Program-made: the position numbers and the translations under genes
Notes under the pieces: model-generated
The model's database searches: none
What the model saw: the letters and a program-made list of their open reading frames with translations, nothing else
What the model was told of the DNA's origin: nothing
Source of the DNA: Aotus nancymaae
Taxonomy: Eukaryota
DNA: 64,000 nt
Direction of reading: 5' to 3'
Assembly (NCBI RefSeq): GCF_030222135.1
Contig: NW_026988422.1
Span: 32,682,919-32,746,918 of the forward strand
Shown here: positions 18,413 through 33,900 of the stretch, in pieces
Numbering within the stretch: the stretch's first letter is position 1
Layout of the letters: each line of letters starts with the position of its first letter

Positions 18413-18624
18413 AAAGAAGCAGCTAAATTATGTTGAGGTATGTTGTTCTTCTGTACTGCCTAAAATGAATACACATTTCTTAAAATTACCAATGCAATGC
18501 TTCATTTCTATGTTTGTGACAATTTTGAAGTCAGTCCTAATGATAGAGTTCCATCTTCCAGCTAGAGGTACAGAAAGTGGCTATAGTGAATTTTTTTAGA
18601 ATTCTTAGAAACAGTCATCAAATT

Positions 18625-18934
<310 letters not shown>

Positions 18935-19104
18935 TCATCAAATCATGAATAGGTCATTCATTAGCACTGCAACTGTTAACCCTTTGGTGCTTCGTAGGGA
19001 GATTTGATGCTACAACACCAGATCTCACCACTTTGTATCTTAAGAAGTCAATTTAATTCATCCTTCCCTGAAATCAGATCCTCTCAATCCAATGAGGCCT
19101 GTTA

Positions 19105-19386
<282 letters not shown>

Positions 19387-19443
19387 TTATCTCACATAAA
19401 TGGAATTTAAAAAATTCTCCCACAGCTCCTAGATAAGTCCTTA

Positions 19444-19683
<240 letters not shown>

Positions 19684-19861
19684 TCAGAAACAATTTTACA
19701 AAATTTCATTCATCCAGCTACACAGACATGCATGATATACATCATGAAAGAGAAGGAAGGAGGGGACCAAAAGTCCAGCTAGCCCAGATAGCTAGGTAAT
19801 GAAAGAGGCTAGATAGTTCTCTTCCACTTCCAGATCCAGCCAGGCCTATGCCCCAATTTAC

Positions 19862-19965
19862 CTTCCAGAGTGAGTACCCTTCATACATGTGGAACCTGCC
19901 CTGCATCATCACGCAGGCTCTGCCATTCAGGAACCCAAACACCAGTCGGCCAGCATGACCTGGCA
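19862..19965 (-). CDS. PNP: PNP coding exon 3 ([35 protein letters not shown]).
   Basis: Acceptor tgtatacag and donor gtaaat. It is 104 nt long. Confidence 0.92.
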
Positions 19966-20551
19966 CTGTATACAAAAAAGAAAGAGGAATGAATGGGATT
20001 ATATTTTCATGCAACACATGCCCACTGAGCACCTACTGTGAGCTACTCGCTTTGCTCAAAATGTTAGAGAATAATTAAGTAAAAGACTCGTTATTATCTC
20101 TGCTTTCAGAAAGTTTAAGTCTGGTGGGAGAGCCAGGCATTACTCACAATTATACAAATACAACCTGAGATTAGAGATATGGGGTAAGGACATTCAGCAT
20201 GAGCATACAGAGGAAGGGTTCTTTAAAGAAATTTCAAGATAATATAAGCCATACTGTCAGAGACCAAAAAGTAGATACTCAGAAATAGAAGGTTAAATAC
20301 CACATATTCTCACTTGTAAGTAGGAACCAAATGTGTACACGTGGACCTACAGACTGAAATAATAGACACTTGGGACTTGGAAAGGTGAGAATGTGGGAGG
20401 GGGATGGGGGATGATAAATTACCTGGTGAGTACAATGATCATTGTTCAGGTGATGGTTACACTACAGCACAGACTTTACCACCATGCAGTATACCCACAT
20501 AACAAAACTGCATTGTACCCCTGTAAATCTATAAAAATGAAATAAAAAACA

Positions 20552-20838
<287 letters not shown>

Positions 20839-21141
20839 TGAATACAGTGAATGCAGTAATTATAGACCTCTTCAAATGTTTCCAAGTTCTCAAAACATGC
20901 ATTCTTATATATTGCCCTAACTTAATTACCTGCCTCCTCAGTCCAGCAAGTGAGCTCATGGTATACTTACTCTGGCTTCCTGTAGAAGAGGCTATTGAAC
21001 AAGGAGAAAAGGGGCTGAATTTGAACACATGCAAGTCTCTTTCCTTATGACCCACAGAACAGTCCTGTGGGAGCACATGCCCATGTAGGGGAGCATGGGA
21101 GTGCAAAGATAACTCCCCACAGTCATAAAGCCATATTTACA

Positions 21142-21487
<346 letters not shown>

Positions 21488-22289
21488 CTAATAGATGGCC
21501 AGCCTATCCCTTAGGGAATAGGAGAGGGACCAGAACTATGAGGAAGAACTGAGGAATTCTCAAAGATAGAGGAACTTAAAAAAAAAAAAAAATACCACAG
21601 TAGTAAAGAGTTGACACAGGAAACCCAAGTGGAGTATAAAAAATAAACATGTTGATAAACTTAAAAAGCTAACCCACTTATCACTCAATGCAGTGCCTTT
21701 CTCACTGGGGATAGGTGTGGCCAGTGGAGCCAATGTCACTACTATCTCCCTTAGAGAAGTATGCCCTTTGCCCATCCTCTCTTAATATTTTCCACACCTT
21801 CCCCCTCTGCTCTCCCAGTCTTGCTTCAAAGGTTTAAAAAATAGCTATTCAAAAAACAAACAAACAAACAAACAAAAAACAGCTATTAAAAGTCTTTTCC
21901 TGCTGATGAGTCTGAAAAAAATTCTTAGCTCTCCAGGGAAAAGAAGATGGAAGTCTTAAAAATTAATAAATAAACCAAGAGAAGTTAGTTATTTGAGAAA
22001 TCAAGTAAGCCAAATAAACAACCCTTGCCCTTTACTTGGCCTGTCACCTGGCCCTCTTCTAAGTCTTAGCCTCAGTCCACTGACACACACATGCCCTGTC
22101 TCTTGTGGGATGTCTGCTAGAGGAATCTCCTAAAGTCATTCTGACTCATGGTGGGCTTTTCTCCTCTCTTACAACGTTTGTCTTCAGTGAAATGATAGGC
22201 CAAGGAGTAGAAACAGTGGCCCACTTGGTTGTTACACAGAATCCCAATAACATCCCTGAGTCCCATTCCCCACTTTAGCCTGCCAGTAC

Positions 22290-22459
22290 CTGTACTTCGA
22301 GGAAAGTTGGGGATTTCACTGTAGTCAAAGGCCTGGGCCTGAGTTAATTTATCAGTCAGACCTCCTAATCCAGAACCACAGATTATTGCCACTTGAGGTC
22401 GGTGCTTAGTGTGAGACAGAAGCCATTCTGCGGTGTTCTTGTAATCTTCATATGTGTAT
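22290..22459 (-). CDS. PNP: PNP coding exon 2 ([56 protein letters not shown]).
   Basis: Acceptor ccccccag and donor gtactg. This extends the ORF at 22117..22392 upstream in frame. Confidence 0.92.
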
Positions 22460-23280
22460 CTGGGGGGGAAAAATCAAGGTAAATTCTGCTCTCATTCCAA
22501 GGGCATCATAGACAAATGACCTTTGGTACAAAAAGGCTGGCAGGTATACTGAGGCAGCAGGGACAGAGAAACTGCAACAGAGGGAGAGGCCAAACTATGT
22601 TCACCCATCTATTCACCCACCCTTCTTTCTGAATCATGCCCACTACAGGTCTGATATGAAACTCCCTCCATTCCAGAGCCTGACAAAAGTTAATAAAGCC
22701 TGTTTCTACTAACAGACCCAACTCCAGTGTTGATCTACTGAACACTGGCAAGTTAAATACCTCTCCTTTTAATAAAGATTTAGAGAGGAAGGGACCAGAG
22801 ACTACAGGGAAGTATAATGAATAATCAAATTAGGGAGAATAAAAGAGTGTGGCCAGGAGGAAGCCCAAGGAGAGTATAAAAAATTGGATTAAGTCCTTCC
22901 TGAGGGTGGTGACTGCCTAGTAAAGTCCTCCTTATTACCCTACTTATCAAATAAAGACATTAAAAATGTAATAAAACCAACTACCATGAAGGAAAGGATA
23001 AATTCAAATTTCCTTTTGAACCCTCATCCCTCCAATTCCTTCCTCAGTCAAAGACATAAGGGCTACATTTTTTGACCAATAAAACACAATGAGAACACCC
23101 CTGGTAGAGATCTATGTGCCATTCTTAGCTCCCTGGATCACAAGGAGGGTAATGCCAGACTAGAAACTAAACTACTGTACAAAAAAGCAGACCGAGTCCA
23201 CAGCACGGGTTATCAAAGGCTAAACCAGCACTGACTACACAAATTGTCATCAGAAGCTTGTTAGAAAGGCAGATTCTGAC

Positions 23281-23336
23281 ACTCCAGCCTGGTGACAGAG
23301 TAAGACCCTGTATAAAAAACAAAACAAAACAAAACA
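23281..23336 (+). mobile_element. Alu 3' tail fragment.
   Basis: Reads cactccagcctggtgacagagtaagaccctg followed by an A-rich tail. Confidence 0.6.
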
Positions 23337-24419
23337 CAGATTCTGAAGCTCATGTAATTTTGATTCAAAAACCAGGTTTAGGAATTGCTGGTCTAGAGGG
23401 AAGTGGAACTCAACCTGGATTCTAGTCCCAATATTGTCTTTTTAGGAATGTAATTTGTGCTTCAAATTCTTTTCTCAGGTATAAGCAAGGGAATGTAATT
23501 GGCCCCATCTACCTTATAGGCTCCATCTGAAAATGAACTGAATACTTGCTAACAACCTCCAAAGACCTATGGCTCTGCTACTCACGGTATTTGAACCTTT
23601 CTCCCACTTTCCACCTCCTGTGGTCTTTTTCCTGTCCTTCCCCCTCCCTGACTCCTCCCAGTTTCCTTTCTCTCCACCGAGGATCTTTGCCATTCAAGAA
23701 TTTACCCAGAACCCCTACACTAGCAAGAATCAACCCGCGTTACTTTTCTCCCGGTTCCAAATCCAGTTCTCCCACACTCATCTGGGAAGACCAAAGATTG
23801 GCTTCAGAGGTGGAAATGAGGTGTGACAGAGCTGAACATAAGTAACCAAGCTTCCAAAGGAAATTTTTTACTCCCAAAGCAGAGCCTGGGAAACCAGACA
23901 TGATTGCACAATACACTAGGCTACCCTCAGGGAAGCAGTTGGATAGGATAGGGTGCGGGGTGGTCAACAGAGCCACAGGATAATGGAGAGAAGCAATGAA
24001 TTTGGTAAAATGTTAATCAAATAGCATCCCCAAAAGGTGCAAAGGAAATGAATGATATGTGAGGCTGCCACCACATGGCATGTCTAGCTACAACTTATAG
24101 CACATTTCTCATTGTTCAGCCTCCTCAAGAACACCCTGGCTCCCTGGGTATCCAAAAGCAACTGTGATGCCTAATGCAGGTCACTTGGACTGTGATTTCC
24201 AGGACCAAAGCAAAGAGAAGAGTTTTCAAAGGTGTGGGGTGTGGAAAGTGAGCAGAGGACTGTTGCTCAGTTTGATGATTAAGGATTTTCTTCTCCACTT
24301 AAGACTCAGTTCCCACCAAGTTAGTCAGACGGAAGGGAGGAGTGGAACTGGCAAAAAAGATGAGCAATTTTTCCTCTAAAGGGGGAACTCTGAATCTGAG
24401 CACCAAAAGTACCTCGCAG

Positions 24420-25240
24420 CTTTACCTAGACCCTAGCATGGGAATTTATGAAGAGCGCAGAGGGTGAGACCTCTTCCTGGTATGGAGTGAGGGATATATA
24501 TATATATGTATATATTCACTCTCCAGATACCCCTAACACACACACGGAGACGCACAACGGCTCCTTTTCCGGAGTAGCTTAGACCGCACCAACCTGCCCC
24601 CTTCCTGCTCCGGCGGCGCCACCCCAGCTCGATTCTCGCTTGCGTCCCAGCCCGCGCTGGCTGGCGCCGGACTCTGCCGCCTTGCCCCCGACACCAGGCT
24701 CCGTGCCAGGCCTCTCTGCATCCCCAGGGCACTCGTTCCCTCCCCCGGCTCCCTCTGGGCCCAGCGTGCCAGGTTCCAGGGTCTCACAGCCCCCGCTCCT
24801 CCCCAGGGATCCTCTAGGCCTGGTTCCCGCCTCACCCGTTCTCCATTGTCCCGCAGACGCCCTCTTGATGAGCCTGCTAGGGTGTGCTCCCGCGTGCTCC
24901 GATCCGCTCGGATCCGCTCCGCTATGCAGGACTGAGCAAGTTACAGATCTCTCTGGTCCACACAGTTCCCGCACTGTTCTAGGCGCCAGCTTATATGCCC
25001 AGCCCTGGAGTCCCCAGCCAATGGCAGGCAAGCACGCGGGCCGGCCACGTCTCCATGGTGACACACCCTAATTCAATCTGCTGAGCCTGGGCTGTAAACC
25101 TAATCGGAGTTCTTCCCAGCCCTAAACCTTCTCCTCCGGCGGGGGTACGCGGGTGAGGGAGGTGGCGGGGCGCACCTTGTATTTCATCTCCATACCCATT
25201 CGGGTCCGCAGGGCAGGAGTTTCCAGCAAGGAGGCCTATG
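24420..25240. promoter_or_regulatory. PNP: CpG island and PNP promoter region.
   Basis: High CpG density surrounds PNP exon 1. The long ORFs in this interval reflect GC-rich composition, not coding sequence. Confidence 0.7.
24836..24846 (-). CDS. PNP: PNP coding exon 1: ATG GAG AAC GG followed by a gtgagg donor.
   Basis: Reverse complement of ccgttctccat. Joined to exon 2 it gives MENGYTYEDYK. Confidence 0.85.
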
Positions 25241-25844
25241 AGGGAATAGGGCTAGAAGTAGGGAGGAGAGCTCGCAACCGTCTCCCTGCAAACCTCATTC
25301 TGGCTGTGTCAATAGCAAACCGTGAGAGATTCGAAAAGAAAAAAAATCAAACCTTAGATTGTCCAACCCCAGAATAAAAATGAAGCAAGCCTATGTCTGA
25401 GTTGCTCCCTGGATGAGGGAAGCTGGGTCGCCCCTGGCAGCAGTGCTGACTTGGAGGTTACTGGTTTAGAAGAGCACATCCAGGCCCAGACTGGGAGAAG
25501 AAAAAGTTCTTGGGCAAGAATTCCTGGGTCCTAGATACCGACAGAAAGGATGAGGATGGATTTGTTGGGTAAGGAGGGACGCAGATAATCCCTAGATCTA
25601 GGAAATACTGATCCAATCAATTCAGATAATTAGAGGACTCCTCCCAAGATGAAAATTCTGGTATCAGAATACACAGGCACCATAATATAACATATTGGGT
25701 CTTTGGTAGAATACAACTATTTCTCCCTAGATTTACAAATTAACCAACCTCACATCAAATCACAAATCAATGACCCTTGCTTAGCTATTGGAATCCTCCA
25801 CCTCTTCCCTCCTCCAAACTCTAATCTTTTTTTATTATTATTAA

Positions 25845-25970
25845 TTTTTTTTAAAAAGATGGGGTTTCACCATGATGGCCAGGCTAGTCTTGAACTCCTG
25901 ACCTCAGGTGATCCACCCACCTCGGCCTCCCAAAGTGCTAGGATTACAGGCTTGAGCCACCGTGCCCGGC
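25845..25970 (-). mobile_element. Alu left-monomer fragment.
   Basis: Reverse-complement left arm, flanked by a target-site duplication aaaNtctaatctttt. Confidence 0.8.
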
Positions 25971-26220
25971 CTAAATTCTAATCTTTTCTGCTTGCCATTT
26001 TTCCCACTTTCGTGGCCAGCCATTATCTTCCAACCCTGTTTTTCTCATTCATTTAACCAATATTTACTGAGCATCAACTATGCACCAGTGCTGTTCTAGT
26101 GCTAGGGACACAAGAATAAAAACAATATATGTAAATAAAAAAAATATATGTAAAGAACTGAGCCCAATGCCAAACAAATGGCTTATTCTGTCATCATTAG
26201 TGTTATTGATATATTGTTAC

Positions 26221-26400
26221 TATTATTGCCATCTATATTAGATGAATATTAGATGAATATAGATGGTAGTAATAGTAACAATGTGGCAATAGGTTAGTAC
26301 TACTCATCTATATTATTGCCATCTATATTAGATGAATATTAGATGAATATAGATGGTAGTAATAGTAACAATGTGGCAATAGGTTAGTAAAGGTAACAAC
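26221..26400. repeat. Tandem duplication of a unit of about 96 bp, repeated twice, that itself contains an imperfect inverted repeat around tagatgaatat tagatgaatat.
   Basis: tattattgccatctatattagatgaatattagatgaatatagatggtagtaatagtaacaatgtggcaataggttagta occurs twice, at 26221 and 26317. Confidence 0.85.
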
Positions 26401-26502
26401 AAAATGATCTAAAAGTAAAATTTCACTTTAGCAATGAGACTATGACGGGACTGGAAACATTGAAAGCATTATTTAATATAATGGATAAGACCAGTCATAC
26501 AG

Positions 26503-26871
<369 letters not shown>

Positions 26872-26995
26872 TTAATACCCTAAATCTAACCCAGTTTACA
26901 CAAAAGACAAGATTAGTACATGGTTGTATCCAAGGAACTTTAAACCTAATCAATCAATTTTAATGTGCTTGGACTAAAGTGTAAAGCAATAATCT

Positions 26996-27057
26996 GCAAT
27001 ACACACACACAAACACACACACACACACACAAACACACGCACACACACACACAAACG
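26996..27057. repeat. (CA)n microsatellite, interrupted.
   Basis: Sequence reads acacacacacaaacacacacacacacacacaaacacacgcacacacacacacaaac. Confidence 0.9.
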
Positions 27058-27060
27058 GGG

Positions 27061-27353
<293 letters not shown>

Positions 27354-27384
27354 TGGGGGGACAAAGGATCAACTTTCTGTAGTG

Positions 27385-27865
27385 TTTCTCCAGCATCATA
27401 TGGGGAACAGTCAAATCATCTTTACATCTCTTCACCTCTTTTACTGGTTTTCTCAGGGGTTTTTGACTGCCAAACTGTATAGAGTCGGGTGTTTTGTGAG
27501 TGTGAACTATCTGCTGCACTGTGAACACAGGTACATGGTTAAATACATGAAATGTCTGCTTAATGTTTATTCTCTTTTGGCCATCTAAAACCAAATCCTC
27601 ATACTCTATTCCTTTTTACCGTTTTGATCTGTTTTCAACACCTCAGTCCAGAGTTCCAAATTTCTCAGTTCAGTAGCTCACCAATTATTTTTCACAGCAC
27701 CTCTAGGTCAAAAGAAATACCTAACAGTTTTATTTTTTAAGTAGCTGGTTCCTGAGAACTTACTAGTGCTTTGAAAATAACAATACACACAAATAGAAAA
27801 ACATGTATTTCATTCTTAAATAAGCACAAATAGTTACTTATGGGATATGTGCATCTGTTTGGCAC
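27385..27865 (+). repeat. Copy A of a dispersed direct duplication of about 480 bp.
   Basis: About 90-93% identical to 30468-30940 (atatggggaaca…tcaaatcatctttacatctcttcac…gtgtgaactatctgctgcactgtgaacaca…catctgtttggcac). Confidence 0.85.
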
Positions 27866-28001
27866 TACTCACCTTCTCACATGTTGGAATCCAATGCTGC
27901 CACCCTCATTTTCCATTCCATGCTGCTTTTTACACAGTATTTTTTTTTTTACATAGTATTTAATTTTTATCAGCAGAACCTTCTAAAACCATCTTTTATA
28001 A

Positions 28002-28310
<309 letters not shown>

Positions 28311-29608
28311 AGATATATTATCGTCAAAAGGAATGTAGCACAATCTAATGTTCCAGCTGTGAATTACCTCGTTAATAGATCACACAGTGTTTTAAAAATA
28401 TCAATAATTGCTGTGTTTCCTTTGAAAACTAAAAATTTTCTACAATACCCCTGTGAGCTTGTACTTCGGCACAGAGTTTGGGAAACATAGCCCCAGTCAC
28501 TCCATGCCACCTCATTCCTGAATCTATGTAATGTAAATGAATGGGCTCTAATAAAAATACCTGTGTATGAATGCCATCTTCACCCCTAATTTACTCATTA
28601 TGTGATCCTAGGCAAGTAAAATTCCTACTATGCCTCAGTTTTTTCATCTGTAAAATAGCAATAATAGTACTATTTTTGCAAGGATTATATAGAATATCTT
28701 TCATACGTTTAAGTAAGTGCCTGGATTTATAATAAGTACACATTAAATGCTGGCTATTATTATTAATCTCCATTGTCTCTTTCTCTTTTTGATGTTTCTA
28801 GACTCACCTAAGCATATATTGGATCAAAATAAAAATATATCTAGCCTATCAATTCCAATGAATCCTACACTGTTCCAAACAGAAGGCACTAGCTATTGTG
28901 GCTATTTAAAAGTAATAAAATTAATTAAGATGAAATACATATCCTCTGAAATCTAGGTGGAAAATAAAGAAAAAAATGAAATATATAATAAAAATGACAA
29001 TTCCGTTCTCTAACCATACTAATTACAATGTAACTTCTCAATAGCCACATGTGGTTAGTGGCTACCATATTGCATAGCATAAAAAAACATTTCCAGTATC
29101 ACAGACAGGTTTATTAAACAGCACTGCTCTTGTCTTTTCTAGTCACTGCCACCTGGTATCCACATAAATGAAACTGGAACTGTGCTTTATTATTTACTTT
29201 TAGGGTAAAAGAGTTCCCGTAGCATTCCTGTAGACAGGAACCAATCATCAATCTTAGGGTGATTATAGTTCATTAATGCCTTATTACCCTTTCTTCTATC
29301 TTCTCATTACTTCTATCTTCAGAGGAACTCCTTGTCCAGGAACATACTTAGTAACACACTTACCCTCCACCCTCAAGATCAAGGAAACTAAAAAACAAAA
29401 GTGGCAGGAATAGGTTCCAAGTCACTCAGTATTGCCTTGTGGAGTGGGGATAGTGACTCCCAATGTCAACAATTATAGAAGCTGACTCTATAGGCCTTTC
29501 AGGATTCTTTAGGTAGGGAACCTATTTTATTCCTGCTCTCTCAGCTGAGATCTCTCATTCTCTCTATTTCACAAGCTAAATATGCTCTTTTAAAAAATAT
29601 TTACCCCT

Positions 29609-29912
29609 GGCCAGGCACAGTGCCTCAGACCTGTAATCCCAGCACTTTGGAAGGCCAAGACTGGAGAATTACTTGAGCCCAAGAGTTTGAGACAAGTCTG
29701 AGCAACATGGTGAAATCCCATCTCTACAAAAAATACAAAAATTAGCCAGGTGTGGTGGCATCTGTGGTCCTAGCTACTAGGGAGGCTGAGGCAGGAGAAT
29801 TACCTGAGCCCAGGAAGTCAAGGCTGCAGTGAACCGTGATGGTGCCACTGCACTTCAGCCTGAGCAACAGAGTGAGACCCTGTCTCAAAAAAACAAAAAC
29901 AAAAACAAAAAG
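29609..29912 (+). mobile_element. Alu element.
   Basis: Alu consensus with an A-rich tail of the form (CAAAAA)n. Confidence 0.88.
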
Positions 29913-29994
29913 AAGACTCCCCTTACCATCATAATCTTTGATCTTCCATTTTCTCTGATTACTGAAATTGGAGAAACATTTCAGGGTTTTTTCC

Positions 29995-30262
29995 TGGTTT
30001 TTTTTTTTTTTTTTAGATAGGGCTCAACCTCGGCTCACTGCAGCCTCAATCTCCTAGGCTCAAACAATCCTCCTTCCTCAGCCTTCCAAGTAGCTAGGAC
30101 TACAGGCATGCACCACCACATTCACCTCTTTTTTATTTTTTTTTTTTAGAGATAGGGTCTCTTCATGTTGCCCAGGCTGGTCTCAAACTTCTGGGCTCAA
30201 GTAATCTTCCCACTTCAGCCTCCCAAAGTACTGGGATTATGGGCAGACCCACCACACCCGGC
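29995..30262 (-). mobile_element. Alu element with internal deletions.
   Basis: PolyT followed by partial reverse-complement right and left arms. Confidence 0.75.
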
Positions 30263-30467
30263 CCTTTTCTCTCTGTTATAGGGATCACTTTTATTTCTCT
30301 TTTCCAAGAGTGAGACTTCCATCTGTGCCTTATTCAGTAGCAGGAAGAACAGAGTAGAGGTAAAGAACTGGCCTACCACCCTCTATTCCAAAGACTTTGG
30401 CTCCCAGAAAAGGAGGCCAAGAATTCCCTAAAGGAAAGAACAAAGAACTGAGGCCCAGGAAGGGCAT

Positions 30468-30940
30468 GATATGGGGAACAATCAAATCATCTTTACATCT
30501 CTTCACATCTTTTACTGGTTTTCTCAGAGGTTTTTGACTGCCAAAGTGTACAGATGTGAATCTTCAGGTATTTTGTGAGTGTGAACTATCTGCTGCACTG
30601 TGAACACAGATACATAGTGGTTAAATATATGAAATGTCTACTTAATGTTTATTCTCTTTAGGCCATCTAAAACCAAATCCCCATACTCTATTCCTTTCTT
30701 ACCGTTTTGAACTCAGTCCACGGTTCCAAATTTCTCAGTTCAGTAGCTCACCTTTATTTTTCACAGCACCTCTAGATCAAAAGAAATACCTAACAGTTTT
30801 ATTTTTTAAGTAGCTGGTTCCTGAGAACTTACTTTGAAAATAACAATGCACACAAATTGAAAAAAAATATATTTACTTCATTCTTAAATAAGCACAAATA
30901 GTTACTCATGGGATGTGTGAATCTGTTTGGCACATACAGA
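30468..30940 (+). repeat. Copy B of the same dispersed direct duplication.
   Basis: Same orientation as copy A and 3.1 kb downstream. Confidence 0.85.
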
Positions 30941-31339
30941 TACACATATCCTATAAGTACAAGAAGCACAAGGGAGCAAAGTACCAATGTAATTAACATA
31001 AATTAACCCTTTAAATCCAGGCACCCTACCCCATCCCATCCAACCCCTGAAACAAACTACCCCTGATCTTAGTTAACTCACTCTGCACATTACCAGAAAC
31101 TTTCTTTGCCTTTGAAATTCAGTAAGAGATTGTGTTGTTTTCACACAGATGGTAAACTACCACTTCAGGAAAGAGGAAGTATGTGGGAAAAAAAAGAAAT
31201 CAAATTAGGACACTTTGGGTCATAGAAGCCAGGCAGATGTTTTTCACTCCATTCTCTTGCTATGTATACAATGTACTAGATATCACTTGGTTGGAAATCT
31301 AAAGAAAAAACTGCTTTGAAATCTTCACAATTTCTTTAT

Positions 31340-32040
31340 ATTTTATTATGGACTGAAGTGTGTTCCCCCAAATTCTTATGTTGACGCTCCAACCCCCATT
31401 GTGACTATATTTGGAGATAAGTACCTTAAAGAGGTAATTAAGGTTAAATGAGGTCATAGTGGTGGGGCCACAATCCAGTAAGACTGTTGTTCTCACAAGA
31501 AGAAGAGAGGCCAGGCAGGGTGGTGCTCACCTGTAACCTCAGCATTTTGGATGCCAAGGCAAGATGATCACTTGAGCCCAGGAGTTAGAGACCAGCGACC
31601 AGCTTGGGCAACATAGTGAGACCCTGTCTCTACAAAAAATTTAAAAATTAGCCAGGTATGATGGCATACACCTGTCATCCCAGCCACTTGGTAGGCTGAG
31701 GTGGCAAGATTGTTTGCACCCAGGAGTTCAAGGCTACCAGAGACTATGACTGCACCACTGCACTTCTGCCTGGGCGACAGAGTGAGACCCTGTCTCTAAA
31801 AGTAAGAAAAAGAAGAAGAGAAAGAGGAAGAGAAAGCAAAAAGGCATGCAGAAAATAGGCCATGAGTGCCACAGTGAGGTAGCCATCTGTAAGCTAAGGA
31901 GAGAAGCCTCAGGAGAAAGCAAACTTGCCAATATCTTGATCTTGGGCTTCCAGACTCCAGGGCTGTGAGAAAATAAATATTTGTTGTTTATGCTAACTGT
32001 AGTGTTTTGTTATGGCACTCCTAGCAAACTAATACACCTT
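31340..32040 (+). mobile_element. LTR-like (MaLR/ERVL-type) interspersed repeat, interrupted by an Alu insertion at 31509-31800.
   Basis: Segments resemble a common LTR consensus (…ccccattgtgactatatttggagataag…ggtaattaaggttaaatgaggtcat…cttgatcttgggcttccagactccagggctgtgagaaaataaatatttgttgtttatgc…). Confidence 0.45.
31509..31800 (+). mobile_element. Alu element inserted into an LTR.
   Basis: Alu consensus with a target-site duplication agaagaagagag. Confidence 0.88.
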
Positions 32041-32887
32041 AATAGTCTAATTTTTCTCAATATAAGTGGGAAGACCCCACCCCATAAGTAAAATCCAGGC
32101 AATATCTGAGATACCCAATATTTACCAGAGATAATATTAAAATGATTTATCTGTATAATACAGGTACGAAACAATCAGAACCAACGCCACCATAAACAAC
32201 CAACACCAGCCACCCTGTAGTGCCCCAGCTGAGTATCTGCCCTTCTTGCAACTGCAGCTAACAATATTGTTCAGTACCCAGCAAATTTATCCCAAGATGG
32301 GGCTTAAGTTACTTCATTAATTAACTTGAGAGCCATTTATCAAGCGGCTTCTATGTTCCGGGTGTTTAGCATAAAAGGGGGCCCATCCCAAGCATCTTCT
32401 CTCTGCCACCTCCATGCTTCTGCCCCTTTCAATCTACCTATCAAATTATTTGAATGTAAAACATTGATCATAAGTCAGAAGACCGAGATTTAGTGCTCCA
32501 TTTCACTCTGTCACTTAAATGACTCCAGTTTACACAGCCTCAGTTTCTACACTGTAAAATAAAGATATAGTCTTGGCTTCCCTGTCCATATCACAGTGGG
32601 TTCTGAAATAAAATGAATACAACTATGAAAGTGCTTTATTAACTGTGAGCAAGTTACAAATATTATGATTACTTTGTGTGTTTTTCTGCCTATTGACCTA
32701 CTCAACACAGAGCTAGTCAAAGTTATCAATGCACAACATTAATTTTTCCTTATGTTTTAAAAGTTTTCTCTGACCTCTTCTTTTCCTGAGCTTGTGTTAC
32801 GTTGTTTAATTCTTTCATTATGAAGCATGTGCTGTATCATGAATTTCTAGTATTGATAATTTTCCATGTAATAAAATACTAGTGCTG

Positions 32888-33028
32888 ATTTTTTTTGAAA
32901 CAGGATCTTGCTCTGTTGCCCAGGCTGAGATCATGGCTCATTGTAACCTTGAACTCCTGGGCTCAGGCGATCCTCCACCTCACCCTCCCAAAACACTGGG
33001 ATTACAGGCATGATCCACCACTCCTGGC
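32888..33028 (-). mobile_element. Alu fragment.
   Basis: Partial reverse-complement Alu. Confidence 0.7.
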
Positions 33029-33040
33029 ATGATATTTTAT

Positions 33041-33098
33041 ACTTACACTCTGAGCAGGGAGATAATGTTTACATTATCTCCCTGCTCAGAGTGTAAGT
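33041..33098. repeat. Perfect 58-bp palindrome, with 28-bp arms and a 2-nt centre.
   Basis: acttacactctgagcagggagataatgt tt acattatctccctgctcagagtgtaagt. The reverse complement of the left arm equals the right arm exactly. Confidence 0.95.
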
Positions 33099-33792
33099 TT
33101 TTTTTAAGGAGTGTCTTTCACAAAGTGTATATATTTAAAAAATATTTTGGAATATATGTGTACCTAGGGTGCAAATAATGAAACCTACTCCAACCCCAGA
33201 CAATGCTTAAGCGTCTGTGTGCCACAAACAGGAGGGAGAGCAGCAGACTGGCCTCCCTCTATGGAGCTACAACCTCTTCCCTATTTTGTATCTGGAGTTT
33301 TCTTAGTTAAGTGTCTGTTAGGGGCTCTTATCTAACTGGCGGAAGGACACTGGCTTCTAAGTAGAAGTTGGCCTGAGAAAACCCTGTCTGAAAAATCAGG
33401 ACCTAGGTGAAGTCTCGAGCCCCTGTAGCAGCCAAGTGCTGGGATGTCAGTAGTTCCTTCATTATTAAATATTTGGGGAACTTTCTCAGTGTAGAATTTG
33501 CTAGCAAAAACTGATAATGGACCTCCTCAGAGTTTATTGTTTTTATCAGTTCTTTGTTGCTTCCCGTATTTAAAGCAGTCCCAATTTGGGCCAGGCGTGG
33601 TTCAGGTGCCCATAAAGACCACATGAGACTGCAGGTAGGGGAGGAGGCACTGCCCCTTTCCTGGGGTCAAAGTTGAGACAGGTCTAAAGACTGTCCCATC
33701 TGTCAAATAAGGTGATGGAAATAACCTTGGATTTGATTAATTCAATCAACAGACACTTGTGCATATGCTAAGGGCTGGTGGTCATAAAATTG

Positions 33793-33900
33793 AGTAAAGG
33801 CATGGTAGCTTGTGCCTGTAGTCCCAGCTACTGGGGAAGTAAGGTGGGAGACCCAGGAGTTTGAGTCCAGCCTAAGTAAGGCCCCATCTCTACTGACATT
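33793..33900 (+). mobile_element. Alu fragment.
   Basis: Partial Alu followed by a T-rich tract. Confidence 0.6.

Noticed and set aside
24579-25071. Long ORFs on both strands (143-161 aa) at 24.4-25.1 kb.
   Set aside because: They lie in the GC-rich CpG island of the PNP promoter and 5'UTR. Their composition is biased (P/G/A/R-rich), they have no protein-like motifs, and they overlap each other on both strands. They are a composition artefact.
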